A DNA stretch of 64,000 nt, from the NCBI GenBank assembly GCA_963822965.1, contig CAWGJT010000015.1, forward strand, positions 32,001 through 96,000, in the 5' to 3' direction. A program made the position numbers and the translations under genes. This DNA is from an uncultured delta proteobacterium (lineage in GTDB: Bacteria > Myxococcota_A > UBA9160 > UBA4427). The notes beneath the pieces are model-generated. The model saw only the letters and a program-made list of their open reading frames with translations. It was not told the DNA's origin and did not search any database. Positions 18,026 through 29,659 of this stretch are shown here, one piece after another. Each line of letters opens with the position of its first letter. Within the stretch, counting starts at the first letter, position 1.

Positions 18026-20205
18026 GTGCCGGACACCCCGCCCGCGCATCTCGAGGCCCTGAACGCCGCCCAGCGCGCGGCGGCCGAGCACGGCCTGTCG
18101 GGCGAGCGGGCCGACGACCCGCGGCCGCTCCTCATCATCGCCGGGGCCGGCAGCGGCAAGACCAACACCCTGGCCCACCGGGTGGCCCACCTGGTCCACA
18201 CCGGCGCCGACCCGCGCCGCATCCTGCTGCTGACCTTCACGCGCCGCGCCGCGGCCGAGATGACCCGGCGCGCCCACGCCATCCTGGCCCGGGCGGCGCG
18301 GCCGCTCGCAGCGGCGCGCGAGCACTTCGACGCGACAGAGCGACACGGAAGCCCAGTGCCGGCGGCGACGACCACCGCATCCGCTGGTCGGGCACCTTCC
18401 ATGCCGTCGCGAATCGCCTGCTGCGCCTGCACGCCGAGAGCGTGGGGCTCGACCCGAGCTTCACGGTGCTCGACCGCTCGGACTCGGCGGACCTGATGGA
18501 CGTGCTGCGGGGCGAGCTGCGCGCCGCCGCCACGGGCGACGGCCCCGAGACCACCCGCGCCTCGGACAAGCCCGGCCGCTTCCCCCGCAAGGCCACCTGC
18601 CTCGCCATCTACTCCCACACGGTGAACTCCCAGCGGCCCCTGTCCGAGACCCTGGAAGAGGCGTTCCCGTGGTGCGCCGACTGGGAGGACGAGCTGCGGG
18701 CGTTGTTCGCCGCCTACGTGGAGGCGAAGCAGCAGCAGCAGGTGCTCGACTACGACGACCTGCTCCTCTACTGGTTCTACCTGATGCAGGAGCCGTCGCT
18801 CGCGGCGCTCGTGGGCGAGCGCTTCGACCACGTGCTGGTGGACGAGTACCAGGACACCAACGCCCTGCAGGCCGCGGTGCTGCTCGCCCTGCGGCCCGAC
18901 GGCCGGGGGCTCACGGTGGTGGGCGACGACGCCCAGGCCATCTACGGCTTCCGCGCCGCCAGCGTGCGCAACATCCTCGACTTCCCGACCCACTTCGAGC
19001 CCGCGGCCCGGGTGGTGACCCTGGAGCAGAACTACCGCTCGACGCAGCCCGTCCTCCAGGCCTGCAACGCCGTGATCGGCCTGGCCCGCGAGCGCTTCAC
19101 CAAGAACCTCTTCAGCCAGAGGCCCTCGGCGCAGAAGCCCTGGCTCGTCACCGCCGAGGACGAGATGGCCCAGGTCGACTACGTGATCGAGCGGGTGATC
19201 GACAACCGCGAGGCGGGCATCGACCTGCAGCGCCAGGCCGTGCTGATGCGCGCGGCCCACCACGGCGACGCCCTGGAGATCGAGCTCTCGCGCCGCAGCA
19301 TCCCCTACGTGAAGTACGGCGGGCTCAAGTTCCTCGAGGCGGCCCACGTGAAGGACGCCCTGTGCGTGCTGCGCTTCGCCGAGAACCCGCGCGACGGCGT
19401 GGCGGGCTTCCGGGTGCTGCAGCTGCTGCCCGGCATCGGCCCGCGCAGCGCCCGCCGGGCCCTGGACGCCCTGGGAAGCGCCGGATTCTCGCTGCGCGCC
19501 CTGGCCGACTTCCGGCCGCCGGTGCCCGCCCGCGAGGACTGGCGGCCCCTGTGCGAGCTGCTGCTCCGCATCGCGGATCCGAAGAGCGACTGGCCCGCCC
19601 AGCTCGGCTGGGTGCGCGACTGGTACGAGCCGCACCTGGCGCGGCTCTACGACTCCGCGCACGTGCGCACGGGCGACCTCGAGCAGCTCGAGCAGGTCTC
19701 CGCGGGCTTCCCGAGCCGCGAGCGCTTCCTCTCGGAGCTCACCCTCGACCCGCCCCAGGCCACCGGCGACGAGGCCGGCCCGCCGCACCTCGACGAAGAC
19801 TTCCTCATCCTCTCCACCATCCACTCCGCCAAGGGCCAGGAGTGGGACGCAGTCTTCGTGCTGAACGCGGCGGACGGCTGCATCCCGTCGGACATGGCCA
19901 CGGGCAAGCCCGAGCAGATCGAGGAGGAGCGGCGGCTCCTCTACGTGGCGATGACCCGCGCGAAGGACCAGCTGCACCTGGTGCACCCCCAGCGCATGTT
20001 CATCCGCCAGCAGCACCGCCACGGCGACCGCCACGTGTACACGCCGCGGACGCGCTTCGTGCCGAACGAGATCCTGGGCTGCTTCGAGACGCGGTCCTAC
20101 AGCCCGCTGCGGGACGCGGACGCGAAGGCGGCGGGACGCCCCGCCGCCCGGGTGGACGTGGCGGCGCGCCTGCGGCGCCAGTGGCAGCCGTCGGGAACGG
20201 CCTGA
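18026..20205 (+). CDS. UvrD/Rep/PcrA family SF1 helicase (frameshift about 18300-18375)
   Basis: LNAAQR, IIAGAGSGKT, LLLTFTRRAA in one frame; GTFH, VDEYQD, VGDDAQAIYGFR, LEQNYRS, TIHSAKGQEW, EERRLLYVAMTRAK in the next. Confidence 0.92.
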
Positions 20206-20285
20206 GGGGTCGCGCGCGGGGAATCGCACGGGAGACCGCGCGCAGGACCGCGCAGGAGCTCGCGGAGCTCACGTAGTAGAGAGGC

Positions 20286-20564
20286 TCAGCCCTCGGCAGC
20301 GCGCGGCGGCGCCTGGTACGTCCAGCCGTAGCGCTCCATGCAGTCCGCCATGGCGTCCGCATAGGGCACCGCGTCCGCCGGCACCTCCTTCGTACAGCGC
20401 TGGATGGCCTCCGCCCGGCTCGGGTGCGAGCGCATGGCGAAGGGCCCCGTCGCGCAGGCGGTGAAGGCGGCGAGCGAGGCCAGCAGGAGCACGAAGAGCC
20501 GGGTCGGCCGGAGCACGAAGAGCCGGGTCGGCCGGAGAACGAAGAGCCGGGTGGCGCGCGACAT
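20286..20564 (-). CDS. Small predicted lipoprotein (92 aa)
   Basis: MSRA(TRLFVLRP)x2TRLFVLLLASLAAFTA-C; two further Cys (RCTKE...DCMERYGW). Confidence 0.65.
   Translation of the reverse strand: MSRATRLFVLRPTRLFVLRPTRLFVLLLASLAAFTACATGPFAMRSHPSRAEAIQRCTKEVPADAVPYADAMADCMERYGWTYQAPPRAAEG
20486..20552 (-). repeat. 24-bp coding tandem repeat, about 2.8 copies (TRLFVLRP)
   Basis: GGAGCACGAAGAGCCGGGTCGGCC x2 plus a partial third copy on the + strand. Confidence 0.9.
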
Positions 20565-20695
20565 GGAAGAGTTCGTCCCATTGCGAAGGGGAGGCCTGGT
20601 GCACGAGCCTAGCACCCGGCCTGCCCGGCTGCGGTCGTCTCGCCGCGACCACGAGGCGGGACCTCCAGACGGGAAGATGCGGGCCGCCCGTCGCG

Positions 20696-22093
20696 CTAGT
20701 GGTGGTAGCCGCCGGCCTCGGCCTCGGTCAGCGGCCGGGAGACCGGGTGCTTCCCGAAGTGCTCGAGGCTCCGCTTCATGTCGTCGATCAGCAGGCTCGC
20801 CAGGTCGCGGCTGACCCCGTGGCGTACCAGGATGCGCTGGATCACCAGGTCCTGACGGTTCGCGGGCATGGAGTAGGCGGGCACCTGCCAGCCGCGACTG
20901 CGGAGCCGATCGGCCAGGTCGTACAGCGTGTAGCCGCGGGTGTCGTATCCCGGCTTGACGGTCCAGCACAGGGCCGGCATGCCGGTCTTCATGTCGCCTC
21001 CGAAGAGGATCTCGAAGGGCCCCAGCTTCGCGATCTCGGCAGCGAGGTACTGCGCGGTCTCGTAGCAGGCGGTCTGGATCTTGCGGTAGCCCTCCTTCCC
21101 CAGGCGCAGGAAGTTGTAGTACTGGGCGACGATCTGGCCGCCCGGCCGCGAGAAGTTCAGCGCGAAGGTGGGCATGTTCCCGCCCAGGTAGTTGACGTCG
21201 AAGATCAGGTCCTTCGGCAGGTCGCTGGCGTCCCGCCACACCGCCCAGCCGACGCCGAGGGGCGCCAGGCCGTACTTGTGGCCGGAGGTGTTGATCGACT
21301 TCACGCGCGGCAGGCGGAAGTCCCACGTCAGCTCCGGCGCGCAGAAGGGGGCCAGGAAGCCCCCGCTGGCCCCGTCGACGTGGATGGGGATGTCGAGGCC
21401 CTGGGTCTCCTGCAGCCGGTCGAGCGCGTCGCTGACCTCGTGGACCGGCTCGTACTGGCAGGTGAACGTGACGCCGAGGGTCGGAACCACGCCGATCGTG
21501 TTCTCGTCGCAGCGCGCAATCACCTCCTCGGCGTTCATGATCAGCCGGTCGCCCTCCAGGGGGATCTCGCGCAGCTCGATGTCCCAGTAGCGCGCGAACT
21601 TGTGCCAGCAGATCTGCACGGGGCCGCAGACCAGGTTCGGCTTGTCGGTCGGCTTGCCGGCCGCGCGCATCTTCTCGCGCCAACGCCACTTCATGGCCAT
21701 TCCCCCCAGCATCGCCGCCTCGCTGGACCCGGTGGTCGAGCAGCCGATGGTGTCGGCCGCGTCGGGCGCGTTCCACAGATCGGCGAGCATGTGGACGCAG
21801 CGCTCCTCGATCGCGGCCGTCTGGGGATACTCGTCCTTGTCGATCATGTTCTTGTCGACGGACTCGTCCATCAGCCAGTGGACCTCGGGCTCGAACCAGG
21901 TCTGGCAGAAGGTCGCCAGGTTCTGGCGCGAGTTGCCGTCGAGCATCAGCTCGTCGTGGACGACCCGGTAGGCGGCGCGGGGGTCGTGCTCGGACTCCGG
22001 CATCTTGAACTTCGGCATCGACACCGAGAGATCGGCCGAGGAGTAGACGTCGTCGAGGAGGTTCTCCCGAACCTTCTTCCTGTGCAGTGCCAT
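20696..22093 (-). CDS. gadB: Glutamate decarboxylase
   Basis: [64 protein letters not shown]. Confidence 0.95.
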   Translation of the reverse strand: MALHRKKVRENLLDDVYSSADLSVSMPKFKMPESEHDPRAAYRVVHDELMLDGNSRQNLATFCQTWFEPEVHWLMDESVDKNMIDKDEYPQTAAIEERCVHMLADLWNAPDAADTIGCSTTGSSEAAMLGGMAMKWRWREKMRAAGKPTDKPNLVCGPVQICWHKFARYWDIELREIPLEGDRLIMNAEEVIARCDENTIGVVPTLGVTFTCQYEPVHEVSDALDRLQETQGLDIPIHVDGASGGFLAPFCAPELTWDFRLPRVKSINTSGHKYGLAPLGVGWAVWRDASDLPKDLIFDVNYLGGNMPTFALNFSRPGGQIVAQYYNFLRLGKEGYRKIQTACYETAQYLAAEIAKLGPFEILFGGDMKTGMPALCWTVKPGYDTRGYTLYDLADRLRSRGWQVPAYSMPANRQDLVIQRILVRHGVSRDLASLLIDDMKRSLEHFGKHPVSRPLTEAEAGGYHH

Positions 22094-22359
22094 GGGTCTC
22101 TGCTCCCTCTCCTTGCCGATTCCTCATCTCGGCTCCATCCGATCGAGACAGTATAGGTGGCGGGGGCGTCCGACGGCCCGCCCCAGGTGGAACGGGGACG
22201 CCTGCCGATGGTCGTCTTCGAATCGGAGCAGCCCGGGCTCGTGCACGGGTCCGTGGATTCCGGGACCGGGGGAGCGGCCCCGATCGGCCGCGATCGGCCG
22301 GTTGGAGGCCGCCTTCGGCCGATGCGCGCGCGCCTCCGGCCGCTGACACCCGTGCGTGA

Positions 22360-22375
22360 CGGCACGCGCGTTGCA
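22360..22375 (+). promoter_or_regulatory. Sigma-54 (-24/-12) promoter
   Basis: CGGCACG-CGCG-TTGCA matches YGGCACG-N4-TTGCW with exact GG-N10-GC spacing. Confidence 0.75.
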
Positions 22376-22450
22376 CTCCTCGTGGTGGTGATCCGCTCAG
22401 CGTCCACTCGTCCCCGTACGTCGTCGCTCGCGCTCGCGGGACCTCGATTC

Positions 22451-22475
22451 GACGAACGTTCACGAACGTTCACGA
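22451..22475 (+). repeat. 10-bp tandem repeat (C/G)ACGAACGTT, about 2.5 copies
   Basis: gacgaacgtt cacgaacgtt cacga, running into the SD GAGGAG. Confidence 0.7.
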
Positions 22476-22489
22476 GGAGAAGAACGAAC

Positions 22490-23851
<1,362 letters not shown>

Positions 23852-23879
23852 TTGACATATTTATGTCTGTCGCTAGCCT
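23852..23879 (+). promoter_or_regulatory. vapBC promoter with palindromic operator (leaderless type)
   Basis: TTGACA-N16-TAGCCT, with ATG 7 nt downstream. Inverted repeat GACATA-TT-TATGTC at 23854-23867. Confidence 0.75.
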
Positions 23880-23886
23880 GCTCCGC

Positions 23887-24138
23887 ATGCGGACGACGGT
23901 GCGCCTCGACGACGATCTCCTGCGGCGGATCAAGGCCCTTGCGGCGCAGCGCGGATCCACACTGACGGCGGTGCTCCAGGAAGCGCTCCGCGAGTGGCTG
24001 TCGCGCCAGCGCCGCGGCGCGCGCAGGGAGCCTACCGAGCTCCCCGTCTCCGATCGGAGCGGCGGACTTCGGCCGGGAGTCGATCTCGACGACGCCGCCG
24101 GCCTCCTCGAGCGGATGGAGGAAGATGCTCCTGCCTGA
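23887..24138 (+). CDS. vapB: VapB-type ribbon-helix-helix antitoxin
   Basis: MRTTVRLDDDLL...GGLRPGVDLDD; overlaps the PIN toxin gene. Confidence 0.88.
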   Translation: MRTTVRLDDDLLRRIKALAAQRGSTLTAVLQEALREWLSRQRRGARREPTELPVSDRSGGLRPGVDLDDAAGLLERMEEDAPA

Positions 24139-24556
24139 CGTGAACGTCCTGGTCTACGCGTTCCGTCCCGACACGGCAGAGCACGCACCCTGCCGTGCCC
24201 TGCTCGAAGGGATGCTCCGCGGCGACGAGGCGTATGCCATGTCGAGCCTCGTGCTGAGCGGCTTCCTTCGCGTCGTCACGCACCCGCGGGTCTTCGCCGC
24301 ACCGGATCCGCCCGAGACCGCACTCGCTTTCACCAACGCGCTGCGCGCGCCCGAGCACTGTGTCCCGGTGGACCCGGGCCCCCGCCACTGGCAGATCTTC
24401 GAGCGGCTCTGCCGTGCAGCCAACGCGCGGGGAAACCTCGTGCCCGACGCCTACCTCGCGGCGCTCGCGATCGAGTCCGGAAGCGAATGGATCACGACGG
24501 ACCGCGACTACGCGCGTTTCCCCGGCTTGCGCTGGCGTGGCCCGTCGGCGCTGTAG
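24125..24556 (+). CDS. vapC: VapC PIN-domain toxin
   Basis: MLLPDVNVLVYA, FLRVVTHPRVF, GNLVPDAYLAALAIE, TTDRDYARFPGL. Confidence 0.93.
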   Translation: MLLPDVNVLVYAFRPDTAEHAPCRALLEGMLRGDEAYAMSSLVLSGFLRVVTHPRVFAAPDPPETALAFTNALRAPEHCVPVDPGPRHWQIFERLCRAANARGNLVPDAYLAALAIESGSEWITTDRDYARFPGLRWRGPSAL

Positions 24557-24770
24557 GCGGCCACGCGACGGCTCGACGCCTCGACCGGTACGGGCTCATC
24601 GCGACGCTTCACGAGAGATCCCATTGCTCGTCCGTCATGGCGGAGTTCCGCTGGTCCGAGCCGTCGAGCCGGATCCCTTGGGCGTGAAGGCCTCCAGCAA
24701 GAGGAGGCCGCTGGAGATCGAGTAGAATCTCGCTGGACCCATCCGCGTGGCTCCGCCGGCCGCAGAACGC

Positions 24771-24838
24771 GGCGAGATCGGGCAAGAGAGGGCGAGAGAG
24801 GGCGAGAGAGGGCGAGAGAAAAGGGCGAGAGAGGGCGA
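24771..24838 (+). repeat. 10-bp purine-rich tandem repeat GGCGAGAGAG, about 6 copies
   Basis: Read directly, upstream of the VOC gene. Confidence 0.85.
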
Positions 24839-24852
24839 AGGAAAACCGCTCC

Positions 24853-24936
24853 GCACCATTGCAAGCGCGCCATTGCAAGCGCGCCATTGCAAGCCCGCCA
24901 TTGCAAGTGCGCCATCGCAAGCGCAGTACGGCAAGG
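24853..24936 (+). repeat. 14-bp tandem repeat GCGCCATTGCAAGC, 5 copies plus a degenerate sixth
   Basis: Copies start at 24853, 24867, 24881, 24895 and 24909; the sixth merges into the SD AGGAGG. Confidence 0.92.
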
Positions 24937-24947
24937 AGGACGGAACG

Positions 24948-25478
24948 ATGAAGGGCCTCGGCTTCAATCACATCGACCTCGGCACCCGGGACATGGAGGC
25001 CACGCGGGCCTTCTATGAGGACGTGCTCGGCTTCCCGCTCGTCCGAGCGGACCTCTTCGAGATCGGCGACCAGGGTGTCATGAAGCACTTCTTCTTCGAC
25101 TGCGGGGGCGGCCAGCTGATCGGCTTCATGAGCGGTGAGGACGTCGAGAAGTTCCCCAAGGACTTCGACACCAGCATCAACAAGGGACTGGGATTGCCAC
25201 CCGGGGTCTATCACTTCGCGTTCCAGGCCGACTCGGTCGAGACGCTCGAGGCCACCAAGGAGCAGCTCGAGGCCCACGGCGTCGCGGTGCGCGGTCCCGT
25301 CGACCACGAGGGCTGGTCGCAGTCGATCTACTTCCACGACCCCAACGGGCTGCAGCTCGAGTGCTGCCACTTGACCCGCCCCTTCGACGCGGACGACGCG
25401 GTTCCGCGCGTGCGTTTCCGGCTCGAGGGCCGCGTGAAGAAGCAGCCCGACGGGAGCGAGGAGCGCAGCCGCGGCTGA
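24948..25478 (+). CDS. VOC/glyoxalase family protein
   Basis: GFNHIDLGTRDMEATRAFYEDVLGF, HFFFDCGGG, YHFAF, SIYFHDPNGLQLE. Confidence 0.9.
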   Translation: MKGLGFNHIDLGTRDMEATRAFYEDVLGFPLVRADLFEIGDQGVMKHFFFDCGGGQLIGFMSGEDVEKFPKDFDTSINKGLGLPPGVYHFAFQADSVETLEATKEQLEAHGVAVRGPVDHEGWSQSIYFHDPNGLQLECCHLTRPFDADDAVPRVRFRLEGRVKKQPDGSEERSRG

Positions 25479-25521
25479 ACGCCGACGGCGCCCGGGAGCA
25501 GAATCGCGCCGGGGTGCCGCC

Positions 25522-26316
25522 TCAGGCCGACCCGGGACGCGGCGCCTCGCGGTCCATCGCGCCGCGCCGGGGCCGCGGCAGGCCGGGGACCAGGCGCGGA
25601 ACGCGCTCCTGATAGCGGCGGTAGTCGTCTCCCAGGCTGGCGACGAGGTCGCGCTCCTCGATGCGGATGCCGACCAGGACGTAGAGGCTGAAGCCCGCCG
25701 CGATCACGAGATGGCCGGCGCTCATGTCCGGGGTCGCCCACAGGCCGATCAGCATGCCCGTCATCATCGGATGGCGCACGAAGCGATACAGGAGCGGCAT
25801 GCGGAACGTCTTGTCCTGCGACGAGACGCCCCGGTGGTGGGCCGTCACCTGGCGCAAGCCGAAGAGCCCCCAGTGGTCGATCAGGAAGGTCGATACGACC
25901 ACCGTGAGCCAGCCGACGCCCTGGAGCGCCCAGAGCAGGCCGCGCAGCACGGACGTTTCGACGTGCCAGACGTGGCCCGCGATGGACGCCCAGCACGTGA
26001 AGAGCAGCACCAGGCACACCACCGTCGCGACCACGAAGGTGCTTCGCTCGATGGGCGCGGGGACGAAGCGCGTCCAGACGCGCTTGAAGGCCGGGCGCGC
26101 CATCACGGTGTGCTGCAGGGCGAAGAGGGCGATGAGGCCGACGTCGATCGCCAGCGCCCACCCGAGCGGCCGCGGGCTGCCGCTGCCGAGGCTGAACGGC
26201 AGCGGGACGTCGTTCAGGAAGAGGATCAGGTAGAGGAAGCTCGCGTGAAAGGACGCGTAGGCGAGCAGCCCGTAGGCGAGCATCGCGTGGCGTGCGAATC
26301 GGCTCTTCGAGGTCAT
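25522..26316 (-). CDS. mddA: Methanethiol S-methyltransferase-like membrane methyltransferase (ICMT/NurM family)
   Basis: LFALQHTVMARPAFKR.W...P.PIERSTFV, STFLIDHW.LFGLRQ, LYRFVRHP, WATP.M..GHL, EERDL, Y.RY..RVP. Confidence 0.8.
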   Translation of the reverse strand: MTSKSRFARHAMLAYGLLAYASFHASFLYLILFLNDVPLPFSLGSGSPRPLGWALAIDVGLIALFALQHTVMARPAFKRVWTRFVPAPIERSTFVVATVVCLVLLFTCWASIAGHVWHVETSVLRGLLWALQGVGWLTVVVSTFLIDHWGLFGLRQVTAHHRGVSSQDKTFRMPLLYRFVRHPMMTGMLIGLWATPDMSAGHLVIAAGFSLYVLVGIRIEERDLVASLGDDYRRYQERVPRLVPGLPRPRRGAMDREAPRPGSA

Positions 26317-26453
26317 GGCGTTCTCCTGCGGGGATCGGCCCGGTCCCTCTCCCCGTGGCCGACCCACCAGGCCGGCAGCACGAGAGGCGGTCCCGAGGCC
26401 GCGATCGCGTAGGCGATGCGCTGGCCCCGGGCGCCGCTGAAGAGCGGCGTCAT
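26313..26453 (-). pseudogene. 46-aa ORF resembling the N-terminus of an alpha/beta-hydrolase (remnant or leader), coupled to mddA
   Basis: MTPLFSGARGQRIAYAIAASGPPLVLPAWWVGHGERDRADPRRRTP*. Its TGA overlaps the mddA ATG; TACTCT lies 8 nt upstream. Confidence 0.55.
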
Positions 26454-26588
26454 GGCCCCGGAGAGTAGGGCCTCTTGCGAGGGGGCGTCAGCTCGGAGGA
26501 TGTGGCTGCCTCGGGGCGTCCCACCGCGCCCGTCCTTCGCAGACAGGTCCGCCGTCGTTCGCAGACCCGCCGCGAACGGTCTCGAGCG

Positions 26589-27608
26589 CTATTGGGGGCC
26601 GAAGATGCTCTTCCAGTCGTCCTTCATGCTGATGACGACCCAGCCCTTCTTCTTCGCTTCCTGCATCAACGCCGGCGGGAACGCGCCGAACCTGGTGTCC
26701 GGAAGCCCGTTGGCGGGTCCATAGGCGTACTCGCGCTTCGCGTCGTCGTGGAACACCAGCATCCTGAGGCGCCGACCCTCCCCCGCCCCGGTCCACTCCA
26801 GCATCTCGCGGTCCCCGGCCGAGTTGCCGAACGCCGCGATCGGACGCCGACCGATGAACTTGTTGATGCCGACGGGCTTGCCGCCCTTGTCGTCGATGAA
26901 GTCGACCTCGGGCAGGCGCATCAGCACCGGCTTGCCGTCCTGCATCTCGAACTTCGTCTTGATGGTCGAGCCCACTACCTGCTCGGGCGGGATCCCGTAG
27001 GCCTTCTCCGTCATCGGTCGCATGAACTCGACGCCACCGCCGGAGACGATGTAGGTCTTGAAGCCGTTGGCCCGCAGGTACGTCAGCAGCTCGACCATCG
27101 GTCGATAGGTCAGCTCGGGATAGGGCCGCTCGAAGCGCGGGTGGCGCGCCTTGGCGAGCCAGTCCTTCACGATCGCCTCGAACTCGGCGGTCGTCATCCC
27201 GGCGTGCGACGCCATGACCAGCTCGACGAGCCCCTTCTCGCCCGCCGCCCCCAACGCCTCGAGGTCGTCGTCGAGCACCGCCTTGAAGGGCTGCTGGGTC
27301 TTCCACTCCGGGTGCTGCGGCGCCAGCGCCTTGACCCGATCGAGGGCAAAGGCGAGCTGGGTATACATCGGGTGCTCGGTCCACAGCGTTCCGTCGTTGT
27401 CGAAGGCGGTGATGCGCTCGTCGAGCGGCACGAAGTCCGGGCTCGACGCGTCGGTGGTGGCCTTCACGAAGGACACGATCGCCTTCTTCGCGGCGCCGTC
27501 GTTCCAGGAGGGCAGCGGGTCGGCCTGGGCGAGGGCGCGCGGACCGACGACGAGGCCCACCGCCAGAGCGAGCGCGGAAGCCAGAGCGATGCGGAGGCGG
27601 GAGGGCAT
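26589..27608 (-). CDS. Secreted HAD-family hydrolase (nonspecific acid phosphatase-like)
   Basis: Signal peptide, DPLPSWNDG, AFDNDGTLW, YIVSGGG, AFGNSAGD, HDDAKREYAY. Confidence 0.9.
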   Translation of the reverse strand: MPSRLRIALASALALAVGLVVGPRALAQADPLPSWNDGAAKKAIVSFVKATTDASSPDFVPLDERITAFDNDGTLWTEHPMYTQLAFALDRVKALAPQHPEWKTQQPFKAVLDDDLEALGAAGEKGLVELVMASHAGMTTAEFEAIVKDWLAKARHPRFERPYPELTYRPMVELLTYLRANGFKTYIVSGGGVEFMRPMTEKAYGIPPEQVVGSTIKTKFEMQDGKPVLMRLPEVDFIDDKGGKPVGINKFIGRRPIAAFGNSAGDREMLEWTGAGEGRRLRMLVFHDDAKREYAYGPANGLPDTRFGAFPPALMQEAKKKGWVVISMKDDWKSIFGPQ

Positions 27609-27644
27609 GGATGGATCACCTCGAGCAAGCGGGAGGGGGCCGCG

Positions 27645-27679
27645 CATGGCGGGCGCCCCGCTCGGGGACGCCCGCCATG
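27645..27679. other. Intergenic GC-rich hairpin between the arylsulfatase and HAD genes
   Basis: CATGGCGGGCG-CCCCG-CT-CGGGG-A-CGCCCGCCATG; no U-tract. Confidence 0.65.
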
Positions 27680-27684
27680 GAAGT

Positions 27685-29330
27685 TCAGTTCCCGGTCGGC
27701 ATGGGGATGCTGACCCCTTCCTTCTCGAGCACATCCCGCACGTACTTGAAGCGCTGGTACCGCGTCAGGGTGAGCGGACCCGTGTAGACCTCGCTCTGCA
27801 GCTTCCGCGGCGGGTAGTCGATGTAGGTCTTCATCAGCCCCTTGATCGCCTGGTTGAACGTGACCAGGGTCCAGGTGCGCTCCGTGAAGTTGTTCATGAA
27901 GAGGTCGTAGCGCTCCTGCGGGTCCTGCCACAGATCGAAGATCTGCGGCACCGTGGCGACGTACTTCTCGGCGCCCTTCCAGCCGAGGTTGGTATCGACC
28001 GCGAGACCGCCGGTCGTCGCCCCGTCGTCGCCGCGGAGGTTGAAGACGGCCTTGTAGTTGCCGCACCCGAGCCGCTCCCGGGGTGAGCTCGTCCTCCGTG
28101 AAGTAGAACCACGCGGTCCGGGCGCTCTTGCCCTTGCCCAGGAGCACCGGCGACATGTCGTAGCTGTCGAAGATGATCGGCTTCCCGTCCCGATCGTTCT
28201 TGGGCAGCTTGATGTCCGCCACGGAGGCGAAGGTGGCCATCAGGTCGAGGCCGCCGAGGATGTCGTGGTTCCGCTCGCCGCCCTTGATCTTGCCCGGCCA
28301 GATGGCGATGGCCGGCACGCGGTTGCCGCCCTCGCGCACCGTGCCCTTGGTGCCGCGGAACGGCGTGTACCCGGCGTCGGGATACACGTCCTGCCAGGCG
28401 CCATTGTCGGTCGTGTAGAAGACGAGCGTGTTCTTGTCGAGGCCCAGCTCGCGCAGCTTGTCCAGGATGCGGCCGATGCGCGTGTCCAGCTCGACGATCG
28501 AGTCGGCGTACTTCGACTTCGAGAGCGACTTGTGCTCGAACTCCGGCGCCGGGAGGTTGGGCTGGTGGACCTTCATGAAGTTGACGTTGATGAAGAAGGG
28601 CTGGTCGGGATGCTTCGCGGCGTCCTCCAGGAAGTTCAGGCCCGACTGCTCGACGTACTTGTCGAGGAAGGGGATGCCGACGACGCCCTTCTCCGGCGTG
28701 TCCACGTACTCGCCGTTGACCTTCCAGTCCTGCTTGGCCTTCTCGCCCGCGTTGCCGGAGAGCGAGCCCTTGGTCACCTTCGTCGAACATCTCCCGCAGC
28801 TTCGGGTCCATGTCGGGGAACCACTTCGGGTCGCCGTAGGTGTACGCGTTCAGGTGGTACAGGAACGCGTGCTCCATCACGTCGTAGCCCTGGGCGTTGG
28901 GCAGCGCGTAGTCGGCCTCACCCAGATGCCACTTGCCGGTGAAGTAGGTCTTGTAGCCCGCGGTCTTGAGGACGGAGGCCAGGGTCCACTCCGCCTTCGG
29001 CAGCCCGCCGCCCTGGCCCTGGAAGGCCACCGTCGTCATGCCGCTGCGGTTCGGGATGCGTCCGGTCTGCATCGCCGCGCGCCCCGGCGTGCAGCTGGGC
29101 TGCGCGTAGAACGAGAAGAAGGTCATCCCCTCGTCCGCCATGCGGTCGAAGGTGGGCGTGGGCATTCCGCGCCCTTCGCCGCCTCCATAGGGACCGAGGT
29201 CCCCATAGCCGGTGTCGTCCGACACGATCAACAGGATGTTCGGCTTCGACGCGGCGAAGGCGAGGCTCGGGAGGAAGGCCAGCAGGAGTGCAACGAGCGC
29301 TGCGGCCAGCCACGGTTGACTTCGGTTCAT
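27685..29330 (-). CDS. Arylsulfatase, Cys-type (two frameshifts near 28781 and 28063)
   Basis: KPNILLIVSDDTG, SCTPGRAA (CxPxR), GKWHLG; then FMKVHQPN, TTDNG, GTKGTVREGG; then PQIFDLWQDPQERYD, in three successive frames. Confidence 0.9.
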
Positions 29331-29659
29331 CTCGATCTCCAAGTTGGTGTCTCACGTAGAAAGAGGGCTCAGCCCGGAGCGGCCCGCACGCGTGCGAGAC
29401 GCCCGGTCGTCGGCATTGCCCAGATGTCTCGAGAACGACGCAGCGTAGGGAGAGACCCCCGTTCGCTGTGCATCATGCTGTCGACGTGCGAGCGAGCGAG
29501 CACCGCGACTTCGATGGCTCCTGATCCGACCGTCCCTCGAAATTCGATCCGCGGCCTGCCCCTCAGCGTCTTGATACCGTGTCGGTGCCCGGTCCGGCGG
29601 TTAGCGGAGGTTAGGAACCTTCCGGGTTATGCTCGCCCGCGCATGAGGCATTCCCCCCA

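Noticed and set aside
24609..24720. Minus-strand fragments MTDEQWDL (IS5-like start) and GLLLLEAFTPK (methyltransferase-like)
   Set aside because: Too short; no terminal inverted repeats or further similarity.
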